Assembly: GCA_041641295.1 (NCBI GenBank)
Contig: JBEPYO010000001.1
Span: 1,408,001 to 1,472,000, forward strand
Reading direction: 5' to 3'
Length of the DNA: 64,000 nucleotides
Origin: Nitrososphaerota archaeon
GTDB taxonomy: Archaea; Thermoproteota; Nitrososphaeria_A; Caldarchaeales; Calditenuaceae
The notes under the pieces are model-generated. The model had not been told where the DNA came from. It was given only the letters and a program-made list of their open reading frames with translations, and searched no databases. Both the position numbers and the translations under genes were made by a program. Shown here piece after piece: positions 47,292-56,868 of the stretch. The first letter of the stretch is position 1. Each line of letters begins with the position of its first letter.

Positions 47292-48581
47292 TCAGGCCTC
47301 TAGTGTGGCAAGCCCTCTGGATATGAGATAAACGGCAGCATATACTGGAAGCTCGGTCGAGCGCGGCTCAGCTATCTCATCAAACTCCTCGCCCCCCAGC
47401 CTGAAGCCGGGCGAATAAGCAATCCTCACCCTCACCTTCCTATCTCGCGGGAGAACCACACACTCGTTGAGAGGGTCGAAGTCGTCAAGCATATCTAATG
47501 GCACTTTCCTAGCGAGGAGGCCCGTCTTCCCATTCAGCGTGCCCGAAAGCCTTAACAGCCTATGGATGTCTGTTGTGACTACAGGGTCTATTCTGAGGGC
47601 CTCTTGTCTGACCGCCTCCTCAACAAGGAGGGTCCAGAATCCGAGTGGGGCCACAGCCCAATCAGGCTCCATGGACCAGGCCTCTCTCACCTTCTCGGCT
47701 AGGTCGCCGTATTTGGCAAGGCCTTGGACAGAACTCGGTCTCTGTAGTAGCGAGTAAATTCTTCTTACTATTCTGCCCCGCCATCCCGGTTCATGTAGCA
47801 TAGGCGGTGGCAGTAGGTTTAGCCTAGGCCTCCCCCGTCCCTCTCGCCTCCAAGGCAGCCCCAAGAGTCCTGGGACGAGCCCCACGCATGTCAAGTAGCC
47901 CACCAAGTCTTTTCTCGCCATCTGGTCGAGGGACAGGTGATCTTGCGAATAGGCCACGATGTGGTATCCCCTGTTCCCCGAAAAGCCAACTTCAACTTCC
48001 CCCTCATCGACGCCCAGCTCCTCGACAAGTATCTCGACAAGCCTTACCGCCTCTGCTCTAGCCGCGCCGAGGCAGGTGTCGCAGACCCACTCAACTTCCC
48101 TTCCAGCCGAGCCACACTTAGGACAGGTCTCACCCCCATCCTCTAGGAGCCCGTGAACAATACAGACTCTGTAAACATGCTGGGACACGCATGGCACGTC
48201 CAGATGGTCGGCGTCGATGTCGAAGATAAGGTCTGCAGCCATCCACCCCTTCTCCTCCATAGGCGCCGCGGGGTACTGGTAGTAGGCAGCCGAGCGATAA
48301 GCATGTAGCGGCGCAACCCGCGCTATCTCGGCCCTAACCTCCTCAGCAGACCTGAAAGACAAATGCCTAACCATCTCACCCCTCTCAAACGACCAGTATC
48401 CAAACTCCCTCGCCTCGGGTTTTGGGGGTGGTGAGATAAGGCTGGCATTTTCCCTGTAATAATCTCTGAAAACCTGCCTTACAAACGCTGACGAGCGGTC
48501 GACTAACGTTGACAATCCCGAGAGGCCGATCAGGCTGGAGGAATAAAAACTAAGCTCGTCCACAATAAAGCCACCTCCCAT
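47292..48581 (-). CDS. priS: DNA primase small (catalytic) subunit with a Zn-binding insert
   Basis: REFG, DLIFDIDAD, FSGNRGYH and D..VT.D.HRL.RL..TL; start uncertain. Confidence 0.92.
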   Translation of the reverse strand: MGGGFIVDELSFYSSSLIGLSGLSTLVDRSSAFVRQVFRDYYRENASLISPPPKPEAREFGYWSFERGEMVRHLSFRSAEEVRAEIARVAPLHAYRSAAYYQYPAAPMEEKGWMAADLIFDIDADHLDVPCVSQHVYRVCIVHGLLEDGGETCPKCGSAGREVEWVCDTCLGAARAEAVRLVEILVEELGVDEGEVEVGFSGNRGYHIVAYSQDHLSLDQMARKDLVGYLTCVGLVPGLLGLPWRREGRGRPRLNLLPPPMLHEPGWRGRIVRRIYSLLQRPSSVQGLAKYGDLAEKVREAWSMEPDWAVAPLGFWTLLVEEAVRQEALRIDPVVTTDIHRLLRLSGTLNGKTGLLARKVPLDMLDDFDPLNECVVLPRDRKVRVRIAYSPGFRLGGEEFDEIAEPRSTELPVYAAVYLISRGLATLEA

Positions 48582-48590
48582 AGGTCTTCT

Positions 48591-49214
48591 CTAGACGTGG
48601 AGGCTGAGGCGGGTTAAGATACGCTGCCAGTCAAGGCGGGTTACAATATAGACTAGGACCATGGCCGCACCCGCGCTCATCAAGGCGAATATTATGGTAG
48701 ACTCGGGGCTGAGTCCCGCCGGCCCGCACTCGACCAGCAGACAGGCTAAGTCTGACCAATACAAAGCCGCAAATGCGACGACAGTGGTTATGAATAGCTT
48801 CCCAGCGAAGACTAGTGGCCAGAAATACATGTTACGATACCCGCCCACAGCAATCAAGAGGTAAACAACGTCATCAGGCACAGGCGTAGCGGCGGTCAGC
48901 AATATCGCTATCCAGCCATACTTCCTGATGAGCCTCTCAAGGGGGGCGAGCCTCTCGAGTGACTCCTTGCTTAGAAGCCTCCTACCACCCTTGAAGACGT
49001 TGAAGAGTATTAGCTTACCCGAAGCCGCGCCTGCAGCACTTATGAGTGCTGTGGGAATCGGCTCGAGCTTACCCGCTATGATTCCTATGAGTATGGGCGG
49101 GATATATGGCCCCGAGACGAAGGGAAGCAGGCTTCCCAGAAAGCTCGCGGAAAAAACACCCGCATAACCGAGCATAGTCAGACTAGTCCAGAACTCGGGG
49201 TCAAAAAGGCTCAA
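48591..49214 (-). CDS. DedA/VTT (SNARE-associated) membrane protein
   Basis: GYAGVF..SFLG...PF, GA..GK and ATPVPDD. Confidence 0.8.
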   Translation of the reverse strand: MSLFDPEFWTSLTMLGYAGVFSASFLGSLLPFVSGPYIPPILIGIIAGKLEPIPTALISAAGAASGKLILFNVFKGGRRLLSKESLERLAPLERLIRKYGWIAILLTAATPVPDDVVYLLIAVGGYRNMYFWPLVFAGKLFITTVVAFAALYWSDLACLLVECGPAGLSPESTIIFALMSAGAAMVLVYIVTRLDWQRILTRLSLHV

Positions 49215-49342
49215 ACACTTATGAACGGACTATTCAGGCCAATATTTAAAAATGCATCACACGTCAACCCATCCTATCAGCCCATGGAATCTGTGATTAA
49301 TCTTAAAGAGTCGCTCATATCAACTGATACGGGGCACCGGGG

Positions 49343-49645
49343 TTGAAGGTGGTCATACAGATTCCCTCCGCTCTAAGGGCGCTCACCGGCAACACAAACC
49401 AAGTGGAGGTGGAGGCTCAGACAGTGGGCGAGGCCCTAGCAGCGCTCCTAGAACTCTATCCCAGCATTGGGCGATACATCTTCGACGACCAGCAGAGGCT
49501 GCGAAGCTTCATCAACATCTTCATCAACGACCGGGACATAAAAACACTCAACGGCCTCGAGACCCGCCTCAAAGACTCGGACAGAATCCTGATACTCCCA
49601 GCCATCGCAGGTGGACTCTCCCGGGGAATATGCAAATATATTTAA
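49343..49645 (+). CDS. SAMP/MoaD-like ubiquitin-fold sulfur carrier with a 9-aa extension after GG
   Basis: IP..LR..TG, TV.EAL..L, INIFIND.DI..L.G..T.L...D.I.ILPAIAGG followed by LSRGICKYI. Confidence 0.9.
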   Translation: MKVVIQIPSALRALTGNTNQVEVEAQTVGEALAALLELYPSIGRYIFDDQQRLRSFINIFINDRDIKTLNGLETRLKDSDRILILPAIAGGLSRGICKYI

Positions 49646-49676
49646 AAGGCAGCCGCGAATCAGGAATCATCGAGGT

Positions 49677-50864
49677 GTGTCTGACCTAGTCCAGCGTGAG
49701 GTCGTGAAGGGTTCAAACTATACTAGCTTCACGATGGAGGAGATAAGGCGGTACGGCCGGCACCTGATAATGCCTGAGGTGGGATTAGAGGGGCAGAGAA
49801 GGCTCAAGGCGGCGCGAGTTCTTGTCGTTGGTGTCGGAGGACTCGGTGCGCCAGTCTCGCTCTATCTTGCTGCAGCGGGTGTGGGAAAGATCGGGCTACT
49901 TGACTTTGACGAAATCGACGAGACGAATCTTCAGCGCCAAGTAATCTTCTCCACACCTGACGTTGGGAGAAAGAAGGTGGAGGTCGCGAAGGAGCGGCTA
50001 CTCAAGCTAAACCCCCACATAGAGGTCGAAACACACGATACTCTAATCAACTCTGAGAACGCCCTCGACATAATAAGGGAATACGACATAGTTGTCGACG
50101 CCACCGACAACTTCCCAACCCGATACCTCCTCAACGACGCCTGCGTCATGCTTGGGAAGCCCCTAATCTACGGCAGCATATTCAGGTTCGACGGCCAAGT
50201 AAGCGTCTTCTACGCCGGGAAAGGCCCATGCTACAGGTGCCTATACCCAGAGCCGCCGCCACCAGGCCTAGTCCCCTCATGCGCCGAGGGCGGGGTACTG
50301 GGCGTCCTCCCAGGCATCGTGGGCTCGCTACAGGCAAATGAGGCCCTCAAACTGATAATAGGGATTGGGGAGCCACTCATAGGCAGGCTACTACTAGTAG
50401 ATGCTCTATCTATGACCTTCAGAGAACTCCGCATCAGCAGGGATAGGAACTGCCCTGTGTGCGGCGACAACCCGACTATCAAAGAGCTGATAGACTACGA
50501 GCAGTTCTGCGGGACAAGGGTTTCCGGCGAGGCCTTGGACGCAGCACGCAACTCTATCACCCCGCTCGAGCTGAAGAAACTCTTGGAGCGCGGTGAGGAG
50601 ATCCAGCTCATCGACGTGAGAGAGCCTGTCGAGTGGGAGATATGCAGAATACCCGGAGCCAAGCTCATCCCTCTCGGCCAGCTCACCTCTAGACTCCACG
50701 AGATAGACCAAACAAGAAAAGTGATAGTCTACTGCCACTCAGGCCAGAGAAGCGCCCTAGCCGTCAAACTACTCAGAGAACTAGGCCTAACAAACACCTA
50801 CAACCTCGCAGGGGGAATCGACGCCTACGCAGAACAGGTCGACCCATCAATCCCCCGCTATTAG
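49677..50864 (+). CDS. moeB: MoeB/UbaA-type E1 adenylyltransferase fused to rhodanese (MoeZ-like)
   Basis: RYGRH, GVGGLG, NLQRQ, CYRC, PSCAEGG and CPVC; rhodanese CHSGQR; GTG 49677 lies after TATA-like ATATATTTAAAA (ORF open from 49611). Confidence 0.92.
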   Translation: MSDLVQREVVKGSNYTSFTMEEIRRYGRHLIMPEVGLEGQRRLKAARVLVVGVGGLGAPVSLYLAAAGVGKIGLLDFDEIDETNLQRQVIFSTPDVGRKKVEVAKERLLKLNPHIEVETHDTLINSENALDIIREYDIVVDATDNFPTRYLLNDACVMLGKPLIYGSIFRFDGQVSVFYAGKGPCYRCLYPEPPPPGLVPSCAEGGVLGVLPGIVGSLQANEALKLIIGIGEPLIGRLLLVDALSMTFRELRISRDRNCPVCGDNPTIKELIDYEQFCGTRVSGEALDAARNSITPLELKKLLERGEEIQLIDVREPVEWEICRIPGAKLIPLGQLTSRLHEIDQTRKVIVYCHSGQRSALAVKLLRELGLTNTYNLAGGIDAYAEQVDPSIPRY

Positions 50865-50919
50865 CACCCCACCCCCCAAAAAACCTAAAAACCCGCCCAA
50901 AACAAGTGAAGCCGGAGAG

Positions 50920-51027
50920 GCGGGGGTCGCCAAGCCTGGTCAAAGGCGCAGGGCTCAGGATCCACGTCTAAATGGATGAGAACCCCTGTCCCGTAGGGGT
51001 TCGTGGGTTCAAATCCCACCCCCCGCA
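50920..51027 (+). tRNA. tRNA-Leu(CAG) with a 23-nt intron at 37/38
   Basis: GCGGGGG/CCCCCGC acceptor stem, CAGGG-CT-CAG-G|intron|C-CCCTG, long variable arm, GGTTCAAATCC. Confidence 0.95.
50960..50982 (+). other. tRNA intron with a canonical bulge-helix-bulge motif
   Basis: CTCA(32-35) pairs with intronic TGAG; 3-nt bulges GGA and AAC; flanking TCCA/TGGA helix. Confidence 0.9.
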
Positions 51028-51120
51028 TGGATTTTTACAACATTAAGCTCATTATTGGTAGCACGGGAACGCTCTACAACCTATTAACATAGTATTAGCC
51101 GCCAATTTTCTAGAAGGTTC

Positions 51121-52143
51121 TCACGGCTTCACTACCGCTTTTATGGCAGCTCTCTTCTGTACCGCATCAATTGCCTCACCTATCTTTTCGAGTGGGAATG
51201 TATGAGTGACTATTGCTGAGGGTTTGACTGCCCCTTTCTCCATTAGGCTCAGCGCCTCATGGTAGTTCTTTCTTAGGGCGTCGGCGCTGCCTGTTATTGT
51301 TAGCTCGCTATAGTGTATCTTGTTGGGGCTGATGCTTATCTCGTAGTCTGGGTGCGCACCGGCGAATATGTTTATGCGTCCGCCCTTTGATACGAGTCTC
51401 AGGGCAGTTGACATGGCGTCCCTATTGTTTATAGCTAGGATGACTGCGTCGGCCCCGTAACCATCTGTGGCCTCCATAACGGCTTTGTAGGGGTCGATCT
51501 CGAGCGAGTTTATAACTAGGTCCGCACCAAGTGTGTTTGCCATCTTGAGCCTCCCTTCATGATGCCCAATCATGATTACTTTCGATCTGAGATTTCTTAT
51601 GAGCTGGAGATGTAGGAGACCCATGGGGCCGTCGCCTATGATTGCGACTGTGTCTTCAGACTTTAGGTCCAGTTGCTCGATAGCGTGGAGGCAGCATGCT
51701 GTAGGTTCTGTCAGGCATGCATCCTCGACCCTAATGTTTTCTGGTATTCTAATCAGGTTCTGTTCGGGGACCTTGATGTATTCTGCAAACCCTCCGTGAA
51801 CATATCTTTTTTCAGCGCAGAGGTTCTCCCTCCCAGCCCTACAATACTTGCATAAACCACATGATGTGATTATGTATGGTACCACCCTATCCCCCTCTCT
51901 GATCGTTTTGACGTCTTGGCCCGTGCTGACGACCACGCCCGCCCACTCGTGGCCTGTAAAACCTGGGCTGGACTTCCCGAATGAAGTCTCTCGATAACTC
52001 TTCAACCCGTTGAAGAACTTTATATCGCTCGCACATATCCCACATGCCTCCACGCGGACCAGTACTTCACGTTCTCTTGGAACCGGTATAGCGGCATCCT
52101 CGATGACGACTTTGTGGGGTGATAGGACGAAGGCCGCCTTCAT
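51121..52143 (-). CDS. Zn-dependent MDR dehydrogenase (sorbitol/L-iditol DH-like)
   Basis: CGIC.SD, GHEW.G, CGLCKYC...C and GDGPMG; ATG 52143. Confidence 0.9.
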   Translation of the reverse strand: MKAAFVLSPHKVVIEDAAIPVPREREVLVRVEACGICASDIKFFNGLKSYRETSFGKSSPGFTGHEWAGVVVSTGQDVKTIREGDRVVPYIITSCGLCKYCRAGRENLCAEKRYVHGGFAEYIKVPEQNLIRIPENIRVEDACLTEPTACCLHAIEQLDLKSEDTVAIIGDGPMGLLHLQLIRNLRSKVIMIGHHEGRLKMANTLGADLVINSLEIDPYKAVMEATDGYGADAVILAINNRDAMSTALRLVSKGGRINIFAGAHPDYEISISPNKIHYSELTITGSADALRKNYHEALSLMEKGAVKPSAIVTHTFPLEKIGEAIDAVQKRAAIKAVVKP

Positions 52144-52295
52144 CACAGCAGAATACTTACTCGCCTCTATCGCTATATAACTTAGCCGCATATCCTCCTC
52201 TCTTCTCTCTGGTTCTCCGATGGAGAGGGATAGGACAGAATCCACGCGGGGTAGTTATTTTAACTCCCACGAGGGTCTGGAGGTGTGGGGGAATT

Positions 52296-53303
52296 ATGAG
52301 GTGGAAAATAGCGATTGTGAACTCGGCAACTTTTGGGGCGTATACGGGGGTTCTTGAGAGGCTAAGCAAGGTGGGTGAGGTTGTGAGAATAAATGTGCCG
52401 AGGGAGATTAGTGGGGAGAAGCTAGCCTCCCGTCTAGCGGGGTTCCAGTTTGTCGTAGCCAGCACGAATCCGCGGTACGACGAGAAGTTCTTCAGGGCAA
52501 ATACTGACGTGGTTTTGCTGGCGAGGAATGGTATTGGCCTAGATAACATAGACGTGAAGGCTGCTACGGAGTGCGGTGTTGTTGTAACCAGGGTGCCTGG
52601 AGAGGTGGAGAGAGAGGCCGTGGCGGAACTCGCCATTGCACTGATGCTTGACGCTGCACGCTCAGTCTCCGCAGCCTACAACGCCGTAAGGGAGGGGAGA
52701 TGGCATGAGAGGGGCCGGTTCATCGGGCTTGAACTAAAGGGGAGGACAGTGGGCATCATAGGTCTCGGAAACATTGGGCGGAGGGTCGCCGAGATACTGT
52801 CTAAAGGGTTCGGAGCCCGGGTTCTCGCCTACGACCCTTACATCTCCGAAGACGCTGCGGCCAGTATCGGGGTGAAACTTACGGACTTGGAAACGCTCCT
52901 GAGAGAATCAGATATCGTGACGCTCCACGCCCCTCTTACAGAGGAGACGCGCCACATCATAAACGTGAAGACGATTGCGTTGATGAAGAATGGCTCTATA
53001 CTGGTCAACACGGCTAGAGGAGGTCTCGTCGATACTAATGCATTAGTTGAGGCCCTTAAGGCCGGCAAGCTGAGATATGCAGCATTAGACGTCGTGGAGG
53101 GGGATTATGTAATGCCTGGAAACCCACTCTTACAGTTTGAGAATATTGTAGTTACGCCTCACATTGGCGCCTACACCTACGAGTCGTTCGGCGGGATAGA
53201 TGAGTGTGTCGCCGAGGCTATCGAGGCTGTTGCTAAGGGTGAGAAGCCAAAGTACGTGGTTAATCCAGAAGTGTATGAGGGGCGGGTGAGGAGGCTGGAG
53301 TAA
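52296..53303 (+). CDS. D-isomer-specific 2-hydroxyacid dehydrogenase
   Basis: GLGNIG, H.PLT, NTARG, LDV and TPHIG; ATG 52296. Confidence 0.9.
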   Translation: MRWKIAIVNSATFGAYTGVLERLSKVGEVVRINVPREISGEKLASRLAGFQFVVASTNPRYDEKFFRANTDVVLLARNGIGLDNIDVKAATECGVVVTRVPGEVEREAVAELAIALMLDAARSVSAAYNAVREGRWHERGRFIGLELKGRTVGIIGLGNIGRRVAEILSKGFGARVLAYDPYISEDAAASIGVKLTDLETLLRESDIVTLHAPLTEETRHIINVKTIALMKNGSILVNTARGGLVDTNALVEALKAGKLRYAALDVVEGDYVMPGNPLLQFENIVVTPHIGAYTYESFGGIDECVAEAIEAVAKGEKPKYVVNPEVYEGRVRRLE

Positions 53304-53351
53304 AATCAAATTTATATGGATCGATTGAGCATAGACAAATTGTAAGCGTCC

Positions 53352-53915
53352 ATGTTATTCTCCGCAAAAATTGATTTGGCTAAAAGAATGATTGAACCAC
53401 ATACAAAACACAACGTGGTGAGGCTCTCTGCTCTAAAGGAATACTTCAATGATCAAGTCGAGGTGGAGAGAATGATTAACAGCCTTGGGGACTTGGTCGT
53501 CTATGAGTATTTTGAGAATAGTTTCGGGGATGAGGAAGAAAATGTGAACTTTGGGCTGACGGTGTTGTATCCGGGGAAGGTTGGGCGGGAGTATTTCCTG
53601 ACCCGTGGACATTTCCATGAGAAGCGGGCTGCTGAGATCTATATTGGCTTGGAGGGTGAGGGGGTCATCTTAATGCAGTCGGAGGATGGGAAGGTGGAGT
53701 GGCGCCCTCTCGAACCAAACACTGTCGTTTACGTGCCGCCGGGGTGGGGGCATCGGACAATAAACACGGGCAATCAGAGGCTAACTTTCTTCTTCGCCTA
53801 TCCCTCAGACGCAGGGCATGACTATGAGATTGTTAGGAGGAAGGGCTTCGCAAAGCTGGTTGTAGAGGAGAATGGGCGACCGGTTTTAATCGACAACCCT
53901 AAGTATCGTACGTGA
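53352..53915 (+). CDS. Cupin-type glucose-6-phosphate isomerase-like protein
   Basis: PG.VG.EYF.TRGHFH....EIY and VPPGWGHRTIN.G. Confidence 0.88.
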   Translation: MLFSAKIDLAKRMIEPHTKHNVVRLSALKEYFNDQVEVERMINSLGDLVVYEYFENSFGDEEENVNFGLTVLYPGKVGREYFLTRGHFHEKRAAEIYIGLEGEGVILMQSEDGKVEWRPLEPNTVVYVPPGWGHRTINTGNQRLTFFFAYPSDAGHDYEIVRRKGFAKLVVEENGRPVLIDNPKYRT

Positions 53916-53959
53916 GATTTCGCTTCGTGATTAATTAATCTCTTTTAGGGCTATAGTAT

Positions 53960-54994
53960 CTATGGGTTGAGAATTACTCGGAGGTTTTCAAGCTTCTGTG
54001 CTTCGCTGAAGCCGTTAACACCCTCTATCAGTGGGAGGCGCATGCTTATCAGCTGCTTAAGGTCCACCCTGCCTGAAGCCACTATGTCCAGAGCTTTCTT
54101 AAACTCGACTGGTGTTGACATAGATGTTCCGAGCACCCTTATCTGCTTATAGTGTATGATATTCGTATCTATTTCGACTCCTTTGACGCCGGCAGGTAGT
54201 CCAGCAAAGTAGTTGACTGCTCCCCCAGGCCTAACAACTCTCAAGGCATCCCTCTGCGCATCAGGTACGCCGACGGCCACTACTACTGCATCTACCCCCT
54301 CACCGCCCGTTAGCCTCTGAACCTCCTTTGCAACATCTACCCCCTCGCTCAGCAAGACTACGTGGTCAGCCCCCAGACGCTCAGCAAATCTTGCTCTAGC
54401 CTCGCTCTTCTCACACATGATTATTTTGCTGAGGCCGAGCGCCTTGGCTAATAAAAGATGCATGAGCCCAATTGGACCAGCGCCAAATATTGCCAGGCTA
54501 TCTCCAGCGCTCAATCCAAGCTTTAGCTGCCCCCTCAGACAGTCTGACAGGGGCTCTACAAGGGCGGCCTCCTCCATGCTCAGCCAGTCCGGAATCTCTT
54601 GGACACATCCAACGGAGAAGGCTGCGGCTGGAACGACCATGTATTCTGCAAACCCTCCGTCAACGTCTATGCCGATAGCATACCTCTTGGGACATAGAAC
54701 ATGCTCCCCTCGCAGACAGTAGAAACAGCTCCCGCAGAAGATGTTTGGATTCAGTGTTACACGCTTATTCAACAGCTCCTCCCTGCCCTTACCCGCGTCC
54801 ACGACTACACCCGCAACTTCATGCCCGAGGGTCACAGGAACTTTAGTCCTTGAGCCATAATTGTATGCCTTCAGGTCTGTCGCACATATGCCGGCGGCTG
54901 CAACTTTCAGAACAACCTCTCCTTCTCTCGGAACCGGTCTATCAACCTCTTCGAGCCGAAGATCCTTTACGCCATATAGCCTGAGCGCCTTCAT
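53960..54994 (-). CDS. Zn-dependent MDR dehydrogenase (L-iditol DH-like)
   Basis: GIC.TD, GHEVAG, CGSCFYC...C and GAGPIG. Confidence 0.9.
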   Translation of the reverse strand: MKALRLYGVKDLRLEEVDRPVPREGEVVLKVAAAGICATDLKAYNYGSRTKVPVTLGHEVAGVVVDAGKGREELLNKRVTLNPNIFCGSCFYCLRGEHVLCPKRYAIGIDVDGGFAEYMVVPAAAFSVGCVQEIPDWLSMEEAALVEPLSDCLRGQLKLGLSAGDSLAIFGAGPIGLMHLLLAKALGLSKIIMCEKSEARARFAERLGADHVVLLSEGVDVAKEVQRLTGGEGVDAVVVAVGVPDAQRDALRVVRPGGAVNYFAGLPAGVKGVEIDTNIIHYKQIRVLGTSMSTPVEFKKALDIVASGRVDLKQLISMRLPLIEGVNGFSEAQKLENLRVILNP

Positions 54995-55000
54995 CCCACA

Positions 55001-56032
55001 TCACGCGAGAGGTAGTGCAACGGGTCTACCTGTCTCCACTGACTTATGTGCCGCAAGAACTGCCTCTAAAGCCTTCCTCCCATCCACGCCGGTTACGGAA
55101 GGCTCTTTATCATGGATTATGCAATCGGCGAAGTGTTCGATCTCGTTTATGTATCCATCTCTAAACCTGTCTCTCCAGCTCTTGAAGCTCTCCGTTAGTA
55201 CGCGCATATCTTTTGTTACACGGGTCAGGGTTGTGCCTCTTATTTCTCCAACGGTAATTACTCCTTCAGTGCCCAAGATCTCAATCCTAGCATCATAACC
55301 ATAACCAACAGGGCATGCCCCATCAATGACCCCCAGACCATTGTTCCTAAACCTCGCTAAAACGACGGCCACATCATAAAAGTTAGGATACTTCTCCCTA
55401 AGGTCTGGACGTATGAGAGCTGAGACATCGCAGCAAATAGATGAATACTCATCACCCATAATCCATCTAAGTGTATCAAAATCATGGCTATTGACTTCTG
55501 CCAAGAATCCAATTCCCGTCTTTGGGTCCAGTGCCCAAGGAGGCGGCAAACCAGGTCCGCGACCCACCGACTTGACAAGGATAGGCCTCCCAATCTCTCC
55601 AGACTCTACTATTTTTTTAGCGGATGTAAACTCGGGGTCAAAACGCCTCATGAACCCAATCTGAAGCTTCACACCATATCGCTTGGTTACAGAGATCATT
55701 TTATCAGCCTCTTCAAGCGTCAAGGCCATGGGCTTCTCGCAGAAGACGTGCTTCCCAGCCTCAGCCGCCTCAATGGTTAGTGAGGTGTGAGTGAAAGTTG
55801 GTGTTGTTATCACTACAGCATCGAATTCGGACTTCCTCAGAGCTGTCGTGAGGTCTTTAAAGACTGCTAATCCGCCCAGCTCTTCCCCTAGCTTCGTCGC
55901 AGCGGCCAAATCACTGTCCACAATAGCTACGAGCTCTGCATTCTTTACCCTCGTCATAATGTTTCTCGCATGCACAGTGCCTGCCCTCCCAGCACCAATC
56001 ACGCAAAAGTTGACAATCTTTTGTGCAGGCAT
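55001..56032 (-). CDS. Gfo/Idh/MocA oxidoreductase (inositol 2-dehydrogenase-like)
   Basis: IGAGRAG..H, CEKP, GFMRRFD and SHDFD. Confidence 0.9.
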   Translation of the reverse strand: MPAQKIVNFCVIGAGRAGTVHARNIMTRVKNAELVAIVDSDLAAATKLGEELGGLAVFKDLTTALRKSEFDAVVITTPTFTHTSLTIEAAEAGKHVFCEKPMALTLEEADKMISVTKRYGVKLQIGFMRRFDPEFTSAKKIVESGEIGRPILVKSVGRGPGLPPPWALDPKTGIGFLAEVNSHDFDTLRWIMGDEYSSICCDVSALIRPDLREKYPNFYDVAVVLARFRNNGLGVIDGACPVGYGYDARIEILGTEGVITVGEIRGTTLTRVTKDMRVLTESFKSWRDRFRDGYINEIEHFADCIIHDKEPSVTGVDGRKALEAVLAAHKSVETGRPVALPLA

Positions 56033-56073
56033 TTCGGAGACCTAAAGGCTTATAGGACCTATTTACTTTTCCC

Positions 56074-56868
56074 TTAAAAGTCTCCTCCCACTACAATCAC
56101 CTCACCTGATATGTATGAAGCCTCATCCGAAGCGAGGAATAGTATCGCCCTTGAAACCTCCTCAGGTTTTCCAAGCCTTCCGAAGAGGTAGCGCTTCTTG
56201 ATATCCTCCTCCGTTAAACCCCTTGCTTCGAGGTATCTTCTAAAGAGAGGTGTGTCTATCGCCCTTGGGGCCACAGCATTGACCCGTATCCCATAGGGTG
56301 CTAACTCGAGAGCTAGAGCCTTGGTGAAGCCGATAATGCCAGCCTTTGACGCCGCATATGCCGTTGACAATAACCCGCCACGGATGCCTTGTATCGACGA
56401 TACATTGACTATCGAGCCTCTTATAGAATTGCTTATCATATGTGAGACAACATATTTGCAGAACAGATAAACAGATTTTAGATTAACATCAATTGTTTTC
56501 TGCCAAGCGTCTGTGGTAGTCTCAAGAAGCGTGGCAATCAAGTGAATAGCGGCATTGTTCACAAGAATGTCTACTCGCCCATATCTATTCACTACGCTCT
56601 CTACGCATCTCTTCACATCTTCCTCGTTGGAGACATCCGCTTTTACGAAAAGGGCAGCCCCCTGACCATGTATGTCGGTGATCTCTTTCTCTAAATGCCT
56701 CCCAGCATCTTCATTGATGTCTACCAACACTACCCTGCACCCCTCATCTACAAACAAGGTCGAGGTCGAGCTACCAATCCCACTGGCTGCCCCAGTAATT
56801 ATCGCTACACGATCTTTTAGCCTGTATCTGCTCAAGCTAACACATCCTCGAAGAAGTTTTCTATCCAT
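56074..56868 (-). CDS. Short-chain dehydrogenase/reductase
   Basis: TGAASGIG, NNAA, YAASK and IRVNAVAP; start may be TTG 56835. Confidence 0.92.
   Translation of the reverse strand: MDRKLLRGCVSLSRYRLKDRVAIITGAASGIGSSTSTLFVDEGCRVVLVDINEDAGRHLEKEITDIHGQGAALFVKADVSNEEDVKRCVESVVNRYGRVDILVNNAAIHLIATLLETTTDAWQKTIDVNLKSVYLFCKYVVSHMISNSIRGSIVNVSSIQGIRGGLLSTAYAASKAGIIGFTKALALELAPYGIRVNAVAPRAIDTPLFRRYLEARGLTEEDIKKRYLFGRLGKPEEVSRAILFLASDEASYISGEVIVVGGDF

Noticed and set aside
47292-48581. Cys-rich insert in PriS as a novel domain
   Set aside because: Zn-binding inserts after the DxD motif are an expected feature of archaeal PriS.
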